A DNA stretch of 64,000 nucleotides from a bacterium (GTDB lineage Bacteria > UBA10199 > 2-02-FULL-50-16 > JAJFLM01): assembly GCA_965216315.1 (NCBI GenBank), contig CBDCFN010000016.1:1568001-1632000 (forward strand), in the 5' to 3' direction. A program made the translations under genes and the position numbers. Shown here one piece after another: positions 1 through 11,500 of this stretch. How positions within the stretch are numbered: the stretch's first letter is position 1; each line of letters begins with the position of its first letter. Under the pieces are notes generated by a model. That model ran no database searches and was not told the origin of the DNA. It worked only from the letters and a program-made list of their open reading frames with translations.

Positions 1-635
1 ATCCGCTTAAATTAGAGCGGGATGAGTTTGACGACTATGCCTATCATGGGCTGATCGTGCACAAACCCACCAATCAAATCGCCTCATGCCTGCGCTTAGT
101 TCCGGCATCCGAATCACGGGGACTTCCGTTCGAGAAATACTGTCAGCCGAGTTATGATCCGGAATTGCTTACGGCAATGGGCTTAGAACGTTCAAGCATG
201 TGCGAAGTCAGCCGTCTCGTCGTCGACAAGGGATTCCGGCGCCGTAAAGGTGAAGCGGACTCTCCGCTCGGACAAACTACAGTATTTGACCTCTCATTGA
301 AAGGCAGACGTAACCTCCAACTCCTCGCCGTCTCAGCCCTCTTCGGAGCCATTGCCTTGACTGAATTGACCAAGCGGCGCAATATTTTCGCAATGATGGA
401 ACCTGTTCTCCACAAACTTCTCAATAAAGCCGGAATGCCCCTTTTTAAGGCCGGCAAAGACATCAACTATCACGGCATGCGCGCGCTCTACTACACCCGT
501 ACCGAGAACACGCTCGTTAACATGACACCGGAGTTCCGCGAACTCTACGAAGTCATCTATTCCTCATTGCTTCCAAATTTTATTGGAGCGCATTCCAACG
601 ATGCATCGCATGCTTTCAAAGCAAACCGCATTTAA
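1..635 (+). CDS. N-acyl amino acid synthase-like GNAT acyltransferase (PEP-CTERM/exosortase-associated type; OxzA-like), 5' truncated
   Basis: Frame is open to the window edge (PLKLERDEFDDYAYHGLIVHK...). E-x-DEFD, CLRLV, EVSRL-x-V, AMMEP-x-L and INYHG-x-R motifs are typical of this family. Confidence 0.75.
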   Translation, partial: PLKLERDEFDDYAYHGLIVHKPTNQIASCLRLVPASESRGLPFEKYCQPSYDPELLTAMGLERSSMCEVSRLVVDKGFRRRKGEADSPLGQTTVFDLSLKGRRNLQLLAVSALFGAIALTELTKRRNIFAMMEPVLHKLLNKAGMPLFKAGKDINYHGMRALYYTRTENTLVNMTPEFRELYEVIYSSLLPNFIGAHSNDASHAFKANRI

Positions 636-2592
636 CTATCAAGCTGCATTCACTCGTAACCTTGGCTGGGTCACGGAATGGGAGCAAGCTCGACTCCGTT
701 CTAAGCGCATCGCTATCGCGGGGATGGGGGGTGTTGGCGGAAGCCATTTATTAACTCTCACCCGCGCCGGCATTGGCGCCTTTAATATCGCTGACTTCGA
801 TACCTTTGAGCAGGCTAACTTTAATCGACAGGCAGGCGCCTCCCTGAGTCATATCGGACAGGCTAAAGTCGACGTCATGGCAGGAATGGCTCTTGATATT
901 AATCCGGAGCTCGACATTAAAAAGTTCCCTGATGGAATAAATGAAAACAATATGGAAGCCTTTCTAGAAGGTGTCGATCTTTTCATCGACGGCCTTGATT
1001 TTTTCGCCCTCGAGGCACGCCAACAAATATTTGCCCTCTGTGCCACAAAAAAGATCCCAGCGATTACGGCCGCGCCTCTGGGAATGGGGGCTGCTCTGCT
1101 TAATTTTCTCCCGAATCACATGACATTCGAAGAATATTTTCGTCTGGCGAGGCAATCTGAACCTGAACAGATCATCCGTTTCGTCATGGGCCTTTCTCCG
1201 GCCCTGCTCCAGATGCCTTATTTAGCGGATGATACGCGCGTTGATTTTAAGCAGCGTAAAGTTCCCTCCACACCCATGTCCTGCGAGCTGTGTGCCGGCA
1301 TCGCCGCCACGGAGGCCCTCAAAATCTTACTCCAGAGAGGCGAAGTAAAGTGTGCTCCCCATGGCTTTCATTTTGATGCCTATCGCAATGAACTGGTCAG
1401 CACTTGGAGACCGTGGGGCAATAGGAACCCGCTCCAAAAGTTGGGACTCACCATCCTACGCCGACGTTTTACAAAAGAAATGAGCGCGGCTGTCATCCAT
1501 GAGAGCACGGATGTTCCGGCTGCAACCGCTATTGATAGAATACTTGATTTGGCTCGCTGGGCCCCAAGTGGAGATAATCTCCAGCCTTGGCGCTTCTCAA
1601 TTGAGAACGAGAACCATTTTTCGATTACGAGTCAACAAAATGGAAATCTTAACGTCTATGACCTCAACGGATGGGCCAATCAGCTTTCACTGGGAACGCT
1701 GCTCGAAAATATCGCGATCGCCGCTTCCGCGGAAGGACTCCAGGCAACTTTCAAGGCTCAAGCAATCAAGGCACCTGGTGATCTTAAGGTGGACGTTACA
1801 CTGGCTTCAACTCAAACCGGTAAACCCAACCCCCTCCTCCCCTTTATTAAGGCGCGCTCGACTCAACGTCGCAAGTTGGAAACAATGCCGCTAAGCTCGC
1901 AACAACGCCAACGGCTCGAAGATGCTGTTCGTCCTAGCTTTCATATCCGTTGGTTTGAGTCTTTCGGAGATAAATGGCGACTCGGTCGACTCATTTATCA
2001 AAACGCTCAGATCCGCTTGACGATTCCCGAGGCTTATTCCGTTCACAATGATATCATTGAGTGGAATGCCCGCTTCAGTCAGAATCGTATTCCGGATCAA
2101 TCGATTGGATTAGACCCGTTAACGCTGCGTTTAATGCGATCCGTCATGAAGAGCTGGCAACGCGTCCAGTTTACCAGTCATTTTATGGGAGGCACTATTT
2201 TAAGTCGGCTCCAGCTTGATTTGATCCCCGCGCTTAAATGCAGCGCACAATTCATTCTCATGGCCGATAAAGTTCCGGTATCGTTAGATGATTACTTAAT
2301 GGCGGGACGAGCGATCCAGCGTTTTTGGCTCACGGCTACCCAGTTAGGATTACAATTACAACCTCAGCTGGCGCCGCTTATGTTTGCCTCTTATGTCCGC
2401 ACTAATCTCCGGTTTACCCGCAAGAAGAGCGCCTTGGCCAAGGCCAAGCGGCTGGCACGGCGGCTAGATCGCATTGTAGGACCAGAAAATATCGAAAAAT
2501 CCCTTTTTATGGGGCGCGTCGGCTTTGGTCGCGAACCTAAAGCACGTTCCTTGCGTAAACCACTTGCACAACTTTACAACACGACTAACTGA
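610..2592 (+). CDS. ThiF adenylyltransferase-nitroreductase didomain protein (OxzB-like oxazolone synthetase)
   Basis: N-terminal ThiF motifs (IAGMGGVG, IADFDTFEQANFNRQ) and C-terminal nitroreductase motifs (ARWAPSGDNLQPW, GRAIQRFWLTAT). The start could be 583, 601 or 610. Confidence 0.85.
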   Translation: MLSKQTAFNYQAAFTRNLGWVTEWEQARLRSKRIAIAGMGGVGGSHLLTLTRAGIGAFNIADFDTFEQANFNRQAGASLSHIGQAKVDVMAGMALDINPELDIKKFPDGINENNMEAFLEGVDLFIDGLDFFALEARQQIFALCATKKIPAITAAPLGMGAALLNFLPNHMTFEEYFRLARQSEPEQIIRFVMGLSPALLQMPYLADDTRVDFKQRKVPSTPMSCELCAGIAATEALKILLQRGEVKCAPHGFHFDAYRNELVSTWRPWGNRNPLQKLGLTILRRRFTKEMSAAVIHESTDVPAATAIDRILDLARWAPSGDNLQPWRFSIENENHFSITSQQNGNLNVYDLNGWANQLSLGTLLENIAIAASAEGLQATFKAQAIKAPGDLKVDVTLASTQTGKPNPLLPFIKARSTQRRKLETMPLSSQQRQRLEDAVRPSFHIRWFESFGDKWRLGRLIYQNAQIRLTIPEAYSVHNDIIEWNARFSQNRIPDQSIGLDPLTLRLMRSVMKSWQRVQFTSHFMGGTILSRLQLDLIPALKCSAQFILMADKVPVSLDDYLMAGRAIQRFWLTATQLGLQLQPQLAPLMFASYVRTNLRFTRKKSALAKAKRLARRLDRIVGPENIEKSLFMGRVGFGREPKARSLRKPLAQLYNTTN

Positions 2593-2999
2593 TAGCCCTG
2601 CTTCACCCATTTAACCAAGCTTGGATGTCCTTGAAATTCGCCGGCGAGGGGAACAGGCCCTGCTTTGACCTGCTCATGAACTTTGAAGGCGCTGGCACAA
2701 TAATCGCAGATAATCTGCGTTGCACCTGCATCACTCAGTTTCTTGTAGGCGCCATGCAGCTTATTCGCCGGATCGCGCAATTCTTTCGCCCAGGTGGTTC
2801 CAGCGCCATCAAACACCAAAGCGACTTCATAACCCGCATCCATTAATTCCTGACTATAAAGCAAGGCATGCAAGGCGCGCGCCATTCCTTCGTGAGACTC
2901 TGTTCCCGCCTGGAGAATCACTAGAAATTTCGGAGCGGCGCTTTGCCCACACGCAGCCAGCGTCATCGCTAACACCAGACTGAGAATCATTTTTTTCAT
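2574..2999 (-). CDS. DsrE-family lipoprotein
   Basis: Lipobox LAAC, LVFDGAG and CDYC motifs; strong RBS (AGGAGG). Confidence 0.7.
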   Translation of the reverse strand: MKKMILSLVLAMTLAACGQSAAPKFLVILQAGTESHEGMARALHALLYSQELMDAGYEVALVFDGAGTTWAKELRDPANKLHGAYKKLSDAGATQIICDYCASAFKVHEQVKAGPVPLAGEFQGHPSLVKWVKQGYQLVVL

Positions 3000-3075
3000 C
3001 GCTTTAACCTCCTTTTAAGGCACCACCCTAGTAAGACAGCTATGCGTCCGTCCGTCAATATGATAAGAAGAGAGC

Positions 3076-3396
3076 ATGGGTAAAAAACCGAAGAAATTAC
3101 AAGCATTTACCGTCAATCGCAGCCCGGAGCAGGTCCTTGATATCCTGAAAACTCAGGCCGAAACACGGGGCTATCGTCTCGAAGCAAGCCCCAAGGCAGA
3201 AGAAGATCTTCTACTCAGCGATGATGTCACTGCAATGAGCTGGGGTTTCTATTATTTCATCTATCTGACCGAACTGGATAAGCATTCCACTCGGATCGAA
3301 GTCGGTATTAAGAGTAAATTATTTCAGATCGGCCCTGTCGTCACCCGGCATCTACGCCAATGTTGTGAAACGCTCGAGGGACTACTCAGACAATAG
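3076..3396 (+). CDS. hypothetical protein
   Basis: 106-aa ORF filling the gap between genes; purine-rich upstream sequence; no recognised motif. Confidence 0.6.
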   Translation: MGKKPKKLQAFTVNRSPEQVLDILKTQAETRGYRLEASPKAEEDLLLSDDVTAMSWGFYYFIYLTELDKHSTRIEVGIKSKLFQIGPVVTRHLRQCCETLEGLLRQ

Positions 3397-5223
3397 TTAT
3401 TCCTGGTCTTTTCTTACCACCTTGCGAAAACTCGTCCTGAGCTCATCCTTTCTCATCCTAATGGTCTTCGGCGTGATCTCCACCCACTCATCCTCATCAA
3501 TCCATTCAAGTGCGTATTCTAGCTCTAAATCTTTAATGGGACTGAGTTTGGTCGAATCATCGCTACCTGCCGCACGTACATTCGTTAGTTTTTTCTCTTT
3601 GGTAGGGTTAACATTGAGATCATTTTGCTTATTAAACTCGCCGACTATCATACCTTCGTATACTTTTTCCGACTGACGTACAAACAATTTGCCTCGCGGC
3701 TGCAGGTTGAAGAGTCCATATTGCGCCGTAACACCGGCACGGTCAGACACCATTGCCCCGTTGGTACGGCTAAAGCGCTTCCCTTGATAAGGAATATAGC
3801 GTTCAAAAGAACTTGAATAAATGGCTTCTCCACGGGTTTCCGTCAGCATTTTGGAACGAATCCCGATGAGACCCCGTGCCGGCATTGAAAATGTCAATCT
3901 GACCCGTTGCGAACCCTCTAAGTTATCCATCATTTCCATGCGTCCACCGCGCTGTGATAACAATTCCGTCACCGTACCGACCATACTGTCTGGAATATCA
4001 ATAACCATATGTTCCTCAGGTTCCATCATCTGGCCATCTTGAGTCACGGGAATAATCTCCGGACGCCCGACCATCAACTCATAGCCTTCACGACGCAATT
4101 CTTCGAGCAGTATCACAAGTTGCAACTCACCCCTTCCCTTGAGCAAGAACACTTCCGGAGATTCAGTCTGTTCAAAACTTAAAGCCACATTCATAAGACA
4201 GGCCTTTTGCAACAACTCCTCCAATTTACGGCTTGTCACATAATCACCCTCTTGGCCGGCAAAAGGCGACGTATTCACCGAAATCCTGACAGCTACCGAA
4301 GGAGGATCAACATGAAGCCGCGGCAAAGGAATATTATGCGCTTCAGTCGTAATCGTATCGCCGATTTTCGGGGCCTCCGCGCCCGCTAACAACGCAATGT
4401 GTCCGGCACTCAAGCTGGGGACACGTTCCGTACTCAGCCCGGCAAAGCGCTCCAACGAAGTGACGGTGAATGGAATCGATTTATGGGCCTCATTAATCAT
4501 CACGACCCGTTCCCCTTCTTTGACCGAACCTGCCTCAATACGACCGATGGCCACCTGGCCGACAAAGGAACTATAGGTCAGATTGGTCACGAGCAGCTGG
4601 AAAGGAGCCTCTTCTTGTACCTGCGGCGACGGCAACTGGTCAACAATGGCATCGAGCAATACATTGAAATCGGAAGCGGTCTCACCCTTCACTGACGAAG
4701 CCCACCCTTCTTTGGCACTCGCGTAAAAAATACTGTATTCGACGTGCTCATCTGAAACGGCCACATCATAGAATAATTCGAGTATCTTCTCTTCGATCTC
4801 ATCAATACGTGCGTCGGGGCGGTCTACCTTATTAATAACCACGATAACTTTGATATCTCGTTCCAGCGCCTTGCGGAGGACGAAGCGTGTCTGTGGCAGC
4901 GGTCCTTCGGAAGCATCCACCAATAACAGCGCCCCATCGACCATAAAAAGCGCACGCTCAACCTCGCCCCCAAAATCAACGTGCCCCGGAGTATCAACGA
5001 TATTGATGTGAGTTCCTTTCCAATCAAAGGCGGCATTCTTGGCGGTAATCGTAATCCCCCGCTCTTTTTCAATATCGCCAGAGTCCATAACCCGCTCTTC
5101 AACTTGCTGATGAGCCTGAAACAGGCCTGCTTGTTTAAAAAGGCCATCAATCAGGGTTGTCTTCCCGTGATCAACGTGGGCAATAATGGCAAGATTGCGA
5201 ATCGCTGTAATACTCTGTGTCAT
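3397..5223 (-). CDS. typA: translational GTPase TypA/BipA
   Basis: [24 protein letters not shown] and the C-terminal [12 protein letters not shown] / [12 protein letters not shown] motifs. Confidence 0.97.
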   Translation of the reverse strand: MTQSITAIRNLAIIAHVDHGKTTLIDGLFKQAGLFQAHQQVEERVMDSGDIEKERGITITAKNAAFDWKGTHINIVDTPGHVDFGGEVERALFMVDGALLLVDASEGPLPQTRFVLRKALERDIKVIVVINKVDRPDARIDEIEEKILELFYDVAVSDEHVEYSIFYASAKEGWASSVKGETASDFNVLLDAIVDQLPSPQVQEEAPFQLLVTNLTYSSFVGQVAIGRIEAGSVKEGERVVMINEAHKSIPFTVTSLERFAGLSTERVPSLSAGHIALLAGAEAPKIGDTITTEAHNIPLPRLHVDPPSVAVRISVNTSPFAGQEGDYVTSRKLEELLQKACLMNVALSFEQTESPEVFLLKGRGELQLVILLEELRREGYELMVGRPEIIPVTQDGQMMEPEEHMVIDIPDSMVGTVTELLSQRGGRMEMMDNLEGSQRVRLTFSMPARGLIGIRSKMLTETRGEAIYSSSFERYIPYQGKRFSRTNGAMVSDRAGVTAQYGLFNLQPRGKLFVRQSEKVYEGMIVGEFNKQNDLNVNPTKEKKLTNVRAAGSDDSTKLSPIKDLELEYALEWIDEDEWVEITPKTIRMRKDELRTSFRKVVRKDQE

Positions 5224-5258
5224 GACAAGTCTCTATTAATACTTGATTGGAAGGATTT

Positions 5259-5840
5259 CTACAAATGGGGCTTGAGCCGACTGACCTCTTTATATCGAAA
5301 ACAGTCGACCGTATGATCGTTCACCATACCTACGGCCTGCATATGAGCGTAAATTATCGTAGAACCTACAAATTTAAATCCTCGTTTTTTGAGATCCTTA
5401 CTCCAGGCATCAGAAAGAGCTGTGGTGGCAGGAATCTGCTTAACTCGCTTCCACTTATTAATGATCGGTTTATTCCCTACAAAATTCCAACTGTATGCGG
5501 CAAAGCTACCAAATTCCTCCTGAATAGCAAGAAAACACTTGGCATTCGCAACCGCTGCCTCCACCTTGAGTCGATTACGAATAATGCCGGGATTGAGAAG
5601 TAATTTTTCAATTTTTTTTCGTGTGAAGCGAGCCACTTTTTGCGGATCAAAACCGGCAAAAGCCTTACGGTAATTTTCGCGTTTTTTGAGCACGGTAATC
5701 CAGCTGAGACCGGCCTGGGCCCCCTCTAAAATCAGATATTCAAAAAGTTTTTCATCCTGATCAACCGGTACACCCCACTCCTTATCATGATAATCAATAT
5801 ACAGATTATCCTCGCCCGGCCAGGTACAGCGCTTCTTCAT
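5259..5840 (-). CDS. tag: DNA-3-methyladenine glycosylase I
   Basis: RC-x-W, YHDKEWG, LEGAQAGLSW, IIRNRLK, GFKFVG and GMVNDH motifs; start moved to MKKRC. Confidence 0.95.
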   Translation of the reverse strand: MKKRCTWPGEDNLYIDYHDKEWGVPVDQDEKLFEYLILEGAQAGLSWITVLKKRENYRKAFAGFDPQKVARFTRKKIEKLLLNPGIIRNRLKVEAAVANAKCFLAIQEEFGSFAAYSWNFVGNKPIINKWKRVKQIPATTALSDAWSKDLKKRGFKFVGSTIIYAHMQAVGMVNDHTVDCFRYKEVSRLKPHL

Positions 5841-5930
5841 GCGCCCTTCATTAGAATAAGCCACAGGATAAATCAACATTGGACCTCTCTCTGGCCGGCT
5901 GTTAGTATAGCTCTCAAAGGGGGACTTCTC

Positions 5931-6515
5931 ATGGCCGATAATCAAAAAAAGAAACTTCCGCTGGGCCTTAAAATCGCTATTGGTGTCATCGCCTTTTTTG
6001 TCATCGCAGGCTTTGTCGTGAGCATCGGCCTTAATATGTTAGGAGGCCTCATTGCCACCAAGGGCGACAAAATACTTGAGAAAGGAGTCGAAAAATGGAT
6101 CGAGACTCAGGCATCACAAAACGATACCAAAGTCGATGTCGACTTCAGCAAAAAAGGTCTTGTCCTCAAAGATAAAAAATCCGGGGCCCAATTTGCCGTC
6201 CGTGCCGACAATGAACTCCCGGCCGGCTTTCCCAAGACCATCCCTCTGCCTAAAAACAGCAAAATTATCGGTTCCGTCACGATTGGACCGATGAAATCAG
6301 TCACATTAGAGACGGATACGGCCTTAGCCTCGGTGGCTAATTTCTACAAAGAGCAGATGCCGTCAGAGGGATGGAAGTCTATCATGCAGGCGACTCCAGA
6401 TGACCGCACATTTACGGCTGTATTTCGTAAGGGTCCGGAAAACTTGAGCGTTGGTATCTCGCATCGGCAAGACAAGACTCACGTTTCCCTGAACTATTCT
6501 GAGCTTAAAAAATAA
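5931..6515 (+). CDS. hypothetical single-pass membrane protein
   Basis: RBS AAGGGGG before ATG 5931; N-terminal TM helix; LPAGFP-x-x-IP and FYK...GW motifs of a periplasmic domain. Confidence 0.7.
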   Translation: MADNQKKKLPLGLKIAIGVIAFFVIAGFVVSIGLNMLGGLIATKGDKILEKGVEKWIETQASQNDTKVDVDFSKKGLVLKDKKSGAQFAVRADNELPAGFPKTIPLPKNSKIIGSVTIGPMKSVTLETDTALASVANFYKEQMPSEGWKSIMQATPDDRTFTAVFRKGPENLSVGISHRQDKTHVSLNYSELKK

Positions 6516-6535
6516 TATTCGCTGGTAAGATGTAC

Positions 6536-7777
6536 TTAGAGTTTCAGGAGTGCGGACTGATAAAGGTCCGCTTCAAAGGCTTCATTATTAGGATAAACTG
6601 TCCCAAACACACGTGTCCAAATGTCGGCTTTCTCCATGCATAAATACATGAAGACCTTACCGTGCCAGGGCTGCAGTGCCGCGTACATCTTTTGAAACAT
6701 CGTCACTTTGATATCATCAGGATAGGTAAATTTGCCCTTCGGATCGCGCGCCATCGTCATCTGCAGCATTTTCGTCGGCCGACCCCGCTCGCGGATGGCC
6801 TTCATGACCGGCTTGATGAATGTCACTGAACCCATTGAAATAAAAAGGACTTTTTCCGGACTTACGAGACCCTGCACGCGTTCCGCCAGTTGCGGATACG
6901 CCTCTTCCCAACCCTCATAATAGACCATCGGATGGAAATGAAAGCCGATACGGATCCCCTGCGCTGCAACGCGACAAGCCGCTTCCAGACGTCGGTCGAG
7001 GCTCGCCGTCAGTTTCTCTTCATTGGAAATGATCGTATCCGTGTTCAATGACCAGGTCAGGACAATGTTCTTAGGAACCGGATGATTCATGAAATAATCC
7101 ACGTTGTCTGACTTGGTCTTAAACTCTAATAATATATTAGGATGCCGCGCGGCAAAGCTGCACAAATCATCCAAGATACCATTACGGTTTCCCCACATCA
7201 GCGAATCGGAAGATTGTCCCGTACCAAAGTGATAGTACCGGGTGGGATCAATCTCTATCTCATTTAGCTTGCGACTCAAATCGGCATCAAAGGCAACACG
7301 ATCGCCATAGAAACTTTGAATCGTACAGTAATTACAGCCAAAACCACAGTTCTCAACCGCATCAATCGTATGCAGATTACAGCAGACAGTATCTTCGGAA
7401 TAGACCGGACAAATGCCATCAATCTTCTTATCCGATTGAACGGAGTCTAACCGGAGTGCCGGTTTGCTCATGGTACCTGTCGGCTGGCGATATGAAGTCG
7501 GTTCTTGCTGAATGGCCTTCATCCACTGGCGCATTGCCCTAAAGAGGGCTTTCTTTCGTTCCGGCGCCACCTGATGCGCGACATCGTGTTCCTGCGTTGC
7601 CCACCAGTTTGCCAACGGCTCTAACTGCCACTGCTGCGTATTCCGCGCCACCTCACAGAGCTCGCGAATTTCTTGATGAGTCAGCCGGTACTCGGTACCC
7701 AAGCCGCGAATAAACGCCTGATCATCACTATCTAAGGAATCGAACAAGGTATGCTGTATTTTTTCCGCAAAGCCCAC
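6536..7777 (-). CDS. spore photoproduct lyase-like radical SAM protein
   Basis: NCGFGCNYC cluster motif; GQSSDS, LEFKTKS, WSLN, GFHFHP and YLCME motifs resemble the SplB family. Confidence 0.8.
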   Translation of the reverse strand: MGFAEKIQHTLFDSLDSDDQAFIRGLGTEYRLTHQEIRELCEVARNTQQWQLEPLANWWATQEHDVAHQVAPERKKALFRAMRQWMKAIQQEPTSYRQPTGTMSKPALRLDSVQSDKKIDGICPVYSEDTVCCNLHTIDAVENCGFGCNYCTIQSFYGDRVAFDADLSRKLNEIEIDPTRYYHFGTGQSSDSLMWGNRNGILDDLCSFAARHPNILLEFKTKSDNVDYFMNHPVPKNIVLTWSLNTDTIISNEEKLTASLDRRLEAACRVAAQGIRIGFHFHPMVYYEGWEEAYPQLAERVQGLVSPEKVLFISMGSVTFIKPVMKAIRERGRPTKMLQMTMARDPKGKFTYPDDIKVTMFQKMYAALQPWHGKVFMYLCMEKADIWTRVFGTVYPNNEAFEADLYQSALLKL

Positions 7778-8406
7778 TACGTCTCCAGCAAAGCCGGCAG
7801 GTCAGACAGAAGTTGTGGATGGGCTACACCTTGCAAAACCAGCCGATAGATTTCATTGACCATCTCTCCCCGATCTAAATTTTCCGTCCCTAACAGCGAC
7901 TGATAGAGGACTTCTTTAACGCAACCCAGTAGTGATATCGCCAAGACATGATTATCTCCTGCCCTGACAAATCCCATTTCCTGCCCCTGTTTGAGACCGC
8001 GCCTCACCAGATCGAGAAGTTGACTATAAAAATGCTTGAGGCGCTCGTCCTGCTCTTCGTCGAGTCCTGCCGGAGCGCTAAACAGGAGTGTTGCCAACAA
8101 CGGTTCATCGAGCAGTAAATTAATCACGCGTTTAATATTACCCTTAATCTGATCGGGTATTTGATCGACGGCCTCGCGGGGCAAACGGCGAACTTCCCGC
8201 TGCACCTTCTCAAAGAGCTCGTCCATGATGCAGCCAAATATCTCTCGTTTACTCTTGAAATGGAGATAGAAAGTCCCGCGCGCCACATTCGCTTCCGCGA
8301 TGATATCCGAGACCTGGGCTTGATGATAACCCTTTTCGCCAAAAGCCTTGATAGCCGCATCCATCAGCTGGCGCCGGCGTTCCTCTTTAGATAAATTCGG
8401 GGTCAT
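7777..8406 (-). CDS. TetR/AcrR family transcriptional regulator
   Basis: HTH: AFGEKGYHQAQVSDIIAEANVARGTFYLHFKSK; start moved to MTPNL. Confidence 0.92.
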   Translation of the reverse strand: MTPNLSKEERRRQLMDAAIKAFGEKGYHQAQVSDIIAEANVARGTFYLHFKSKREIFGCIMDELFEKVQREVRRLPREAVDQIPDQIKGNIKRVINLLLDEPLLATLLFSAPAGLDEEQDERLKHFYSQLLDLVRRGLKQGQEMGFVRAGDNHVLAISLLGCVKEVLYQSLLGTENLDRGEMVNEIYRLVLQGVAHPQLLSDLPALLET

Positions 8407-8503
8407 TTCGGCGGCATCATGCAGGCCGAAAACCGGAAAATCAACTCTCCAGGCACTAAAATAGTCGCCAAATCCTCTCGAATTCGCTATTTCAAGAGCC
8501 CTC

Positions 8504-11500
8504 ATGAACATCTTCGGTCATATCTGTCAGTTTTGCATCCAAAACCGACGCCTTACTTTTCTCTTGTTTATTGGCGTCATTCTCTGGGGAGGTATCTCCT
8601 TCGTGATTATGCCCAAGCGGTATAATCCGGACATCACGGCACCCGCTTTCCAGGTCCGCATCTTATTTCCTGAGGCGACCGGCAAAGAAGTCTATGAACT
8701 CATCACGCGACCGCTAGAAAACGTGATCCATGAAATACCGGGAATCGATGAGATCTACTCTCAAAGTATTCATGGCGGAGAATCCCGCGTATCCGTCTTC
8801 TTTGAGGTCGGAGAAAACCCGGATGTGAGTAAGATCCGTCTCATCCAGAAGATTAACAGCAATCTTCAGCTTAAACCCGAAGGCGTTACTAATGTCGCTA
8901 TTGAAACCCTGGACCCTGACAATCTCCCGATCATGACTCTTGCGATCCGATCAAAGCAACTTGACCCAATTGAGCTTCGTAAACGAGCTTTTTTGATAAA
9001 AGATGAACTCAAGAAAATAGCTGGCACCTCGATCATTAATGTAGTTGGCGGCCAACGCCGTGACTTTCAAGTTATTTTAGACCCTGCCCGCTTAAAAGAG
9101 TATGAAGTCGCTTTAGACGATATCAAAATAAACCTTGCGGAGAAAAGTCTATTCCGCAGCCTGGGACACATAAAAACTCGCAATCAGCATACGCCTATTG
9201 AAACCAGTGGTACGATACGAAACGTTGACGAACTGTCCAATCTGATTATTTCTTCGAATGTTGAGCAGCAACTTAAGATTAAAGACATTGCAAAAGTCCA
9301 AATCGGCAGGCTGGAAACCGATTCCTACGTCAATTTCCACACCAAAGACGAAACAATCAGCGACGCGGTCTTCATCAGTATTGCAAAGAAAAAAGGCGGT
9401 AATATCACTAAAATCGCCCGAAACATCCGCACAGCAGTCACGGCACTCCAACAACAATCACCACTGCTTCATAATGTTACCATGCAGGTAATTCGTGATG
9501 AGGGGCGCGTTGCGTATGAAGAACTGCGCCGCTTGACTATCAATCTGCTCCAGGCGATCACGATTGTCCTAATCATTCTCTTCTTTTTCCTGAACATTAG
9601 AGCGGCGATTGTCGTTGCTATCAGCATACCGTTAACGTTATTGACCGTTTTCGGAATTGGCAACTTGGTCGGTTTCACCATTAACCGCATAACCCTTTTT
9701 GCTCTCATTCTGTCCCTGGGGCTTCTTGTCGATAGTGCAACGGTCATCGTAGAAAACATTGTTAGAAATAAAGCAGAACATCCTGACATGTCGAAACCGG
9801 CTGTTATTTCAATGTCTGTCGCTGAGGTTGGGATGGGTCTGTTTCTTGCCACAATCACGACGGTTCTTGCTTTTATTCCCATGAGATTTGTCACCGGCAT
9901 GATGGGACCTTATATGGGCCCATTACCTTTTTTTGTTTCTACCGCTCTTTTAGTCGCGCTTCTTTTTTCCTACACGCTCAACCCGTGGCTGGCCTACATT
10001 TTCTGCTCCCCCACCGGAACTAAAGGGAAGTCTCGCCCCTCCCTGGTGGAACGATTCGCCAACATGATTAGGGGCGTCTATCGCAGGTTACTGACCGCCT
10101 TGCTGGATTCTAAAACCAAACGCCGACTACTGATTGGCGCGAGCATCGTGCTCTTTTGTACCATTCTCACATTTCCAGCCCTAAAGTTATTACGATTCAG
10201 AATGCTGCCTAAGGCCGATCGTGAGCAAATTTATGTGTATCTAAATTTGCCAGATGGTGCCGGCGTGGAAAAGTCCAATGAGGTTTCCTCTTCACTGGCT
10301 GAGTTGTTATTAAAAAACGGCAATGTATTAAGCGTTCAAAGTTTTGTTGGCCAAGTGCCGATTCTTGACTTCAATGGCCTCTTTCGGGGTGCCAGTGCGA
10401 GACAATTACCAAATCACGTCACGTTGCGAATTAATCTGACTCACCCCTCCGATCGGAACCTTAGTTCGGAGGAGCTTGCTCTCCAATTCAGGGAAAATTT
10501 AGGCCCTATTATTTCTGGTGTACCGGACACACACTTTCAGGTCATAGAAGACCCGCCTGGACCCCCTGTTCGTTCAACATTCATGATCAAAATCAAGACG
10601 AATGATCCTAAATTATTAGAGAAAATTGCTCAAGAGGTTGCAACTTCGGTTCAGTTGATAGACGGTATTGAAGATATAGATACATCGCTTATCGACCCGC
10701 ATAAGAAATATTATCTTCGCGTTAACCTAGACCAAGCCGCTATATCGCAAATGAACACCCAGCTGATTGCTGAAATGTTGCAAACATTATACAGTGGCGT
10801 CCAGATAGGTATTTATCACAGTGACAGCAATGTCGAACAGGAATATATTACGCTAAAGTTTCCGCGTGAATATCGCACAAAAATTACCGAACTTGATCAT
10901 ATTTATCTCAACAATAAATTAGGCATTCCTATCCCGCTTAGCCGTTTTGTCAGTATAGATGAACAACCCTCTAGGCCGCATATACTTACGGATAATCGAG
11001 AAACTGTCGCTTATATTATGGCCGAAATGGGAGCACGCAGTGTCACCTACGCAGCTATCGATTTTCTTCGATGGTTGAATAATGATCGGCTCGACTCTGG
11101 ACAACTCCATAAAGTGGGGCTCATCAAGTCACAATTCAATGCTCCTGACGGCACGCCAATAAAAATTGAGCTGGATGGTGAGTGGAAAATGACACTGGAA
11201 GTCTTTCGCGATCTCGGCTTGGCAATGATCATCGCAATCGGCCTCATTTATATCGTTCTCGTCGCCCAATTCCGTTCCTATCGCATCCCGCTGCTCATCC
11301 TGATGACGATTCCACTGGCCTTTATCGGCGTCTTCCCGGGATTCGCCTTTTTATTCTGGGTCAATAGGATCTATTTCTCTGCAACATCCATGATAGGTGT
11401 CATCGCCCTCTCCGGCATAGTGGTCAACAATGCTATTATTCTGCTCGAGTATATTATTAATTTAATGAACACCCAGGGCGATTATAAGGCATCCATCATC

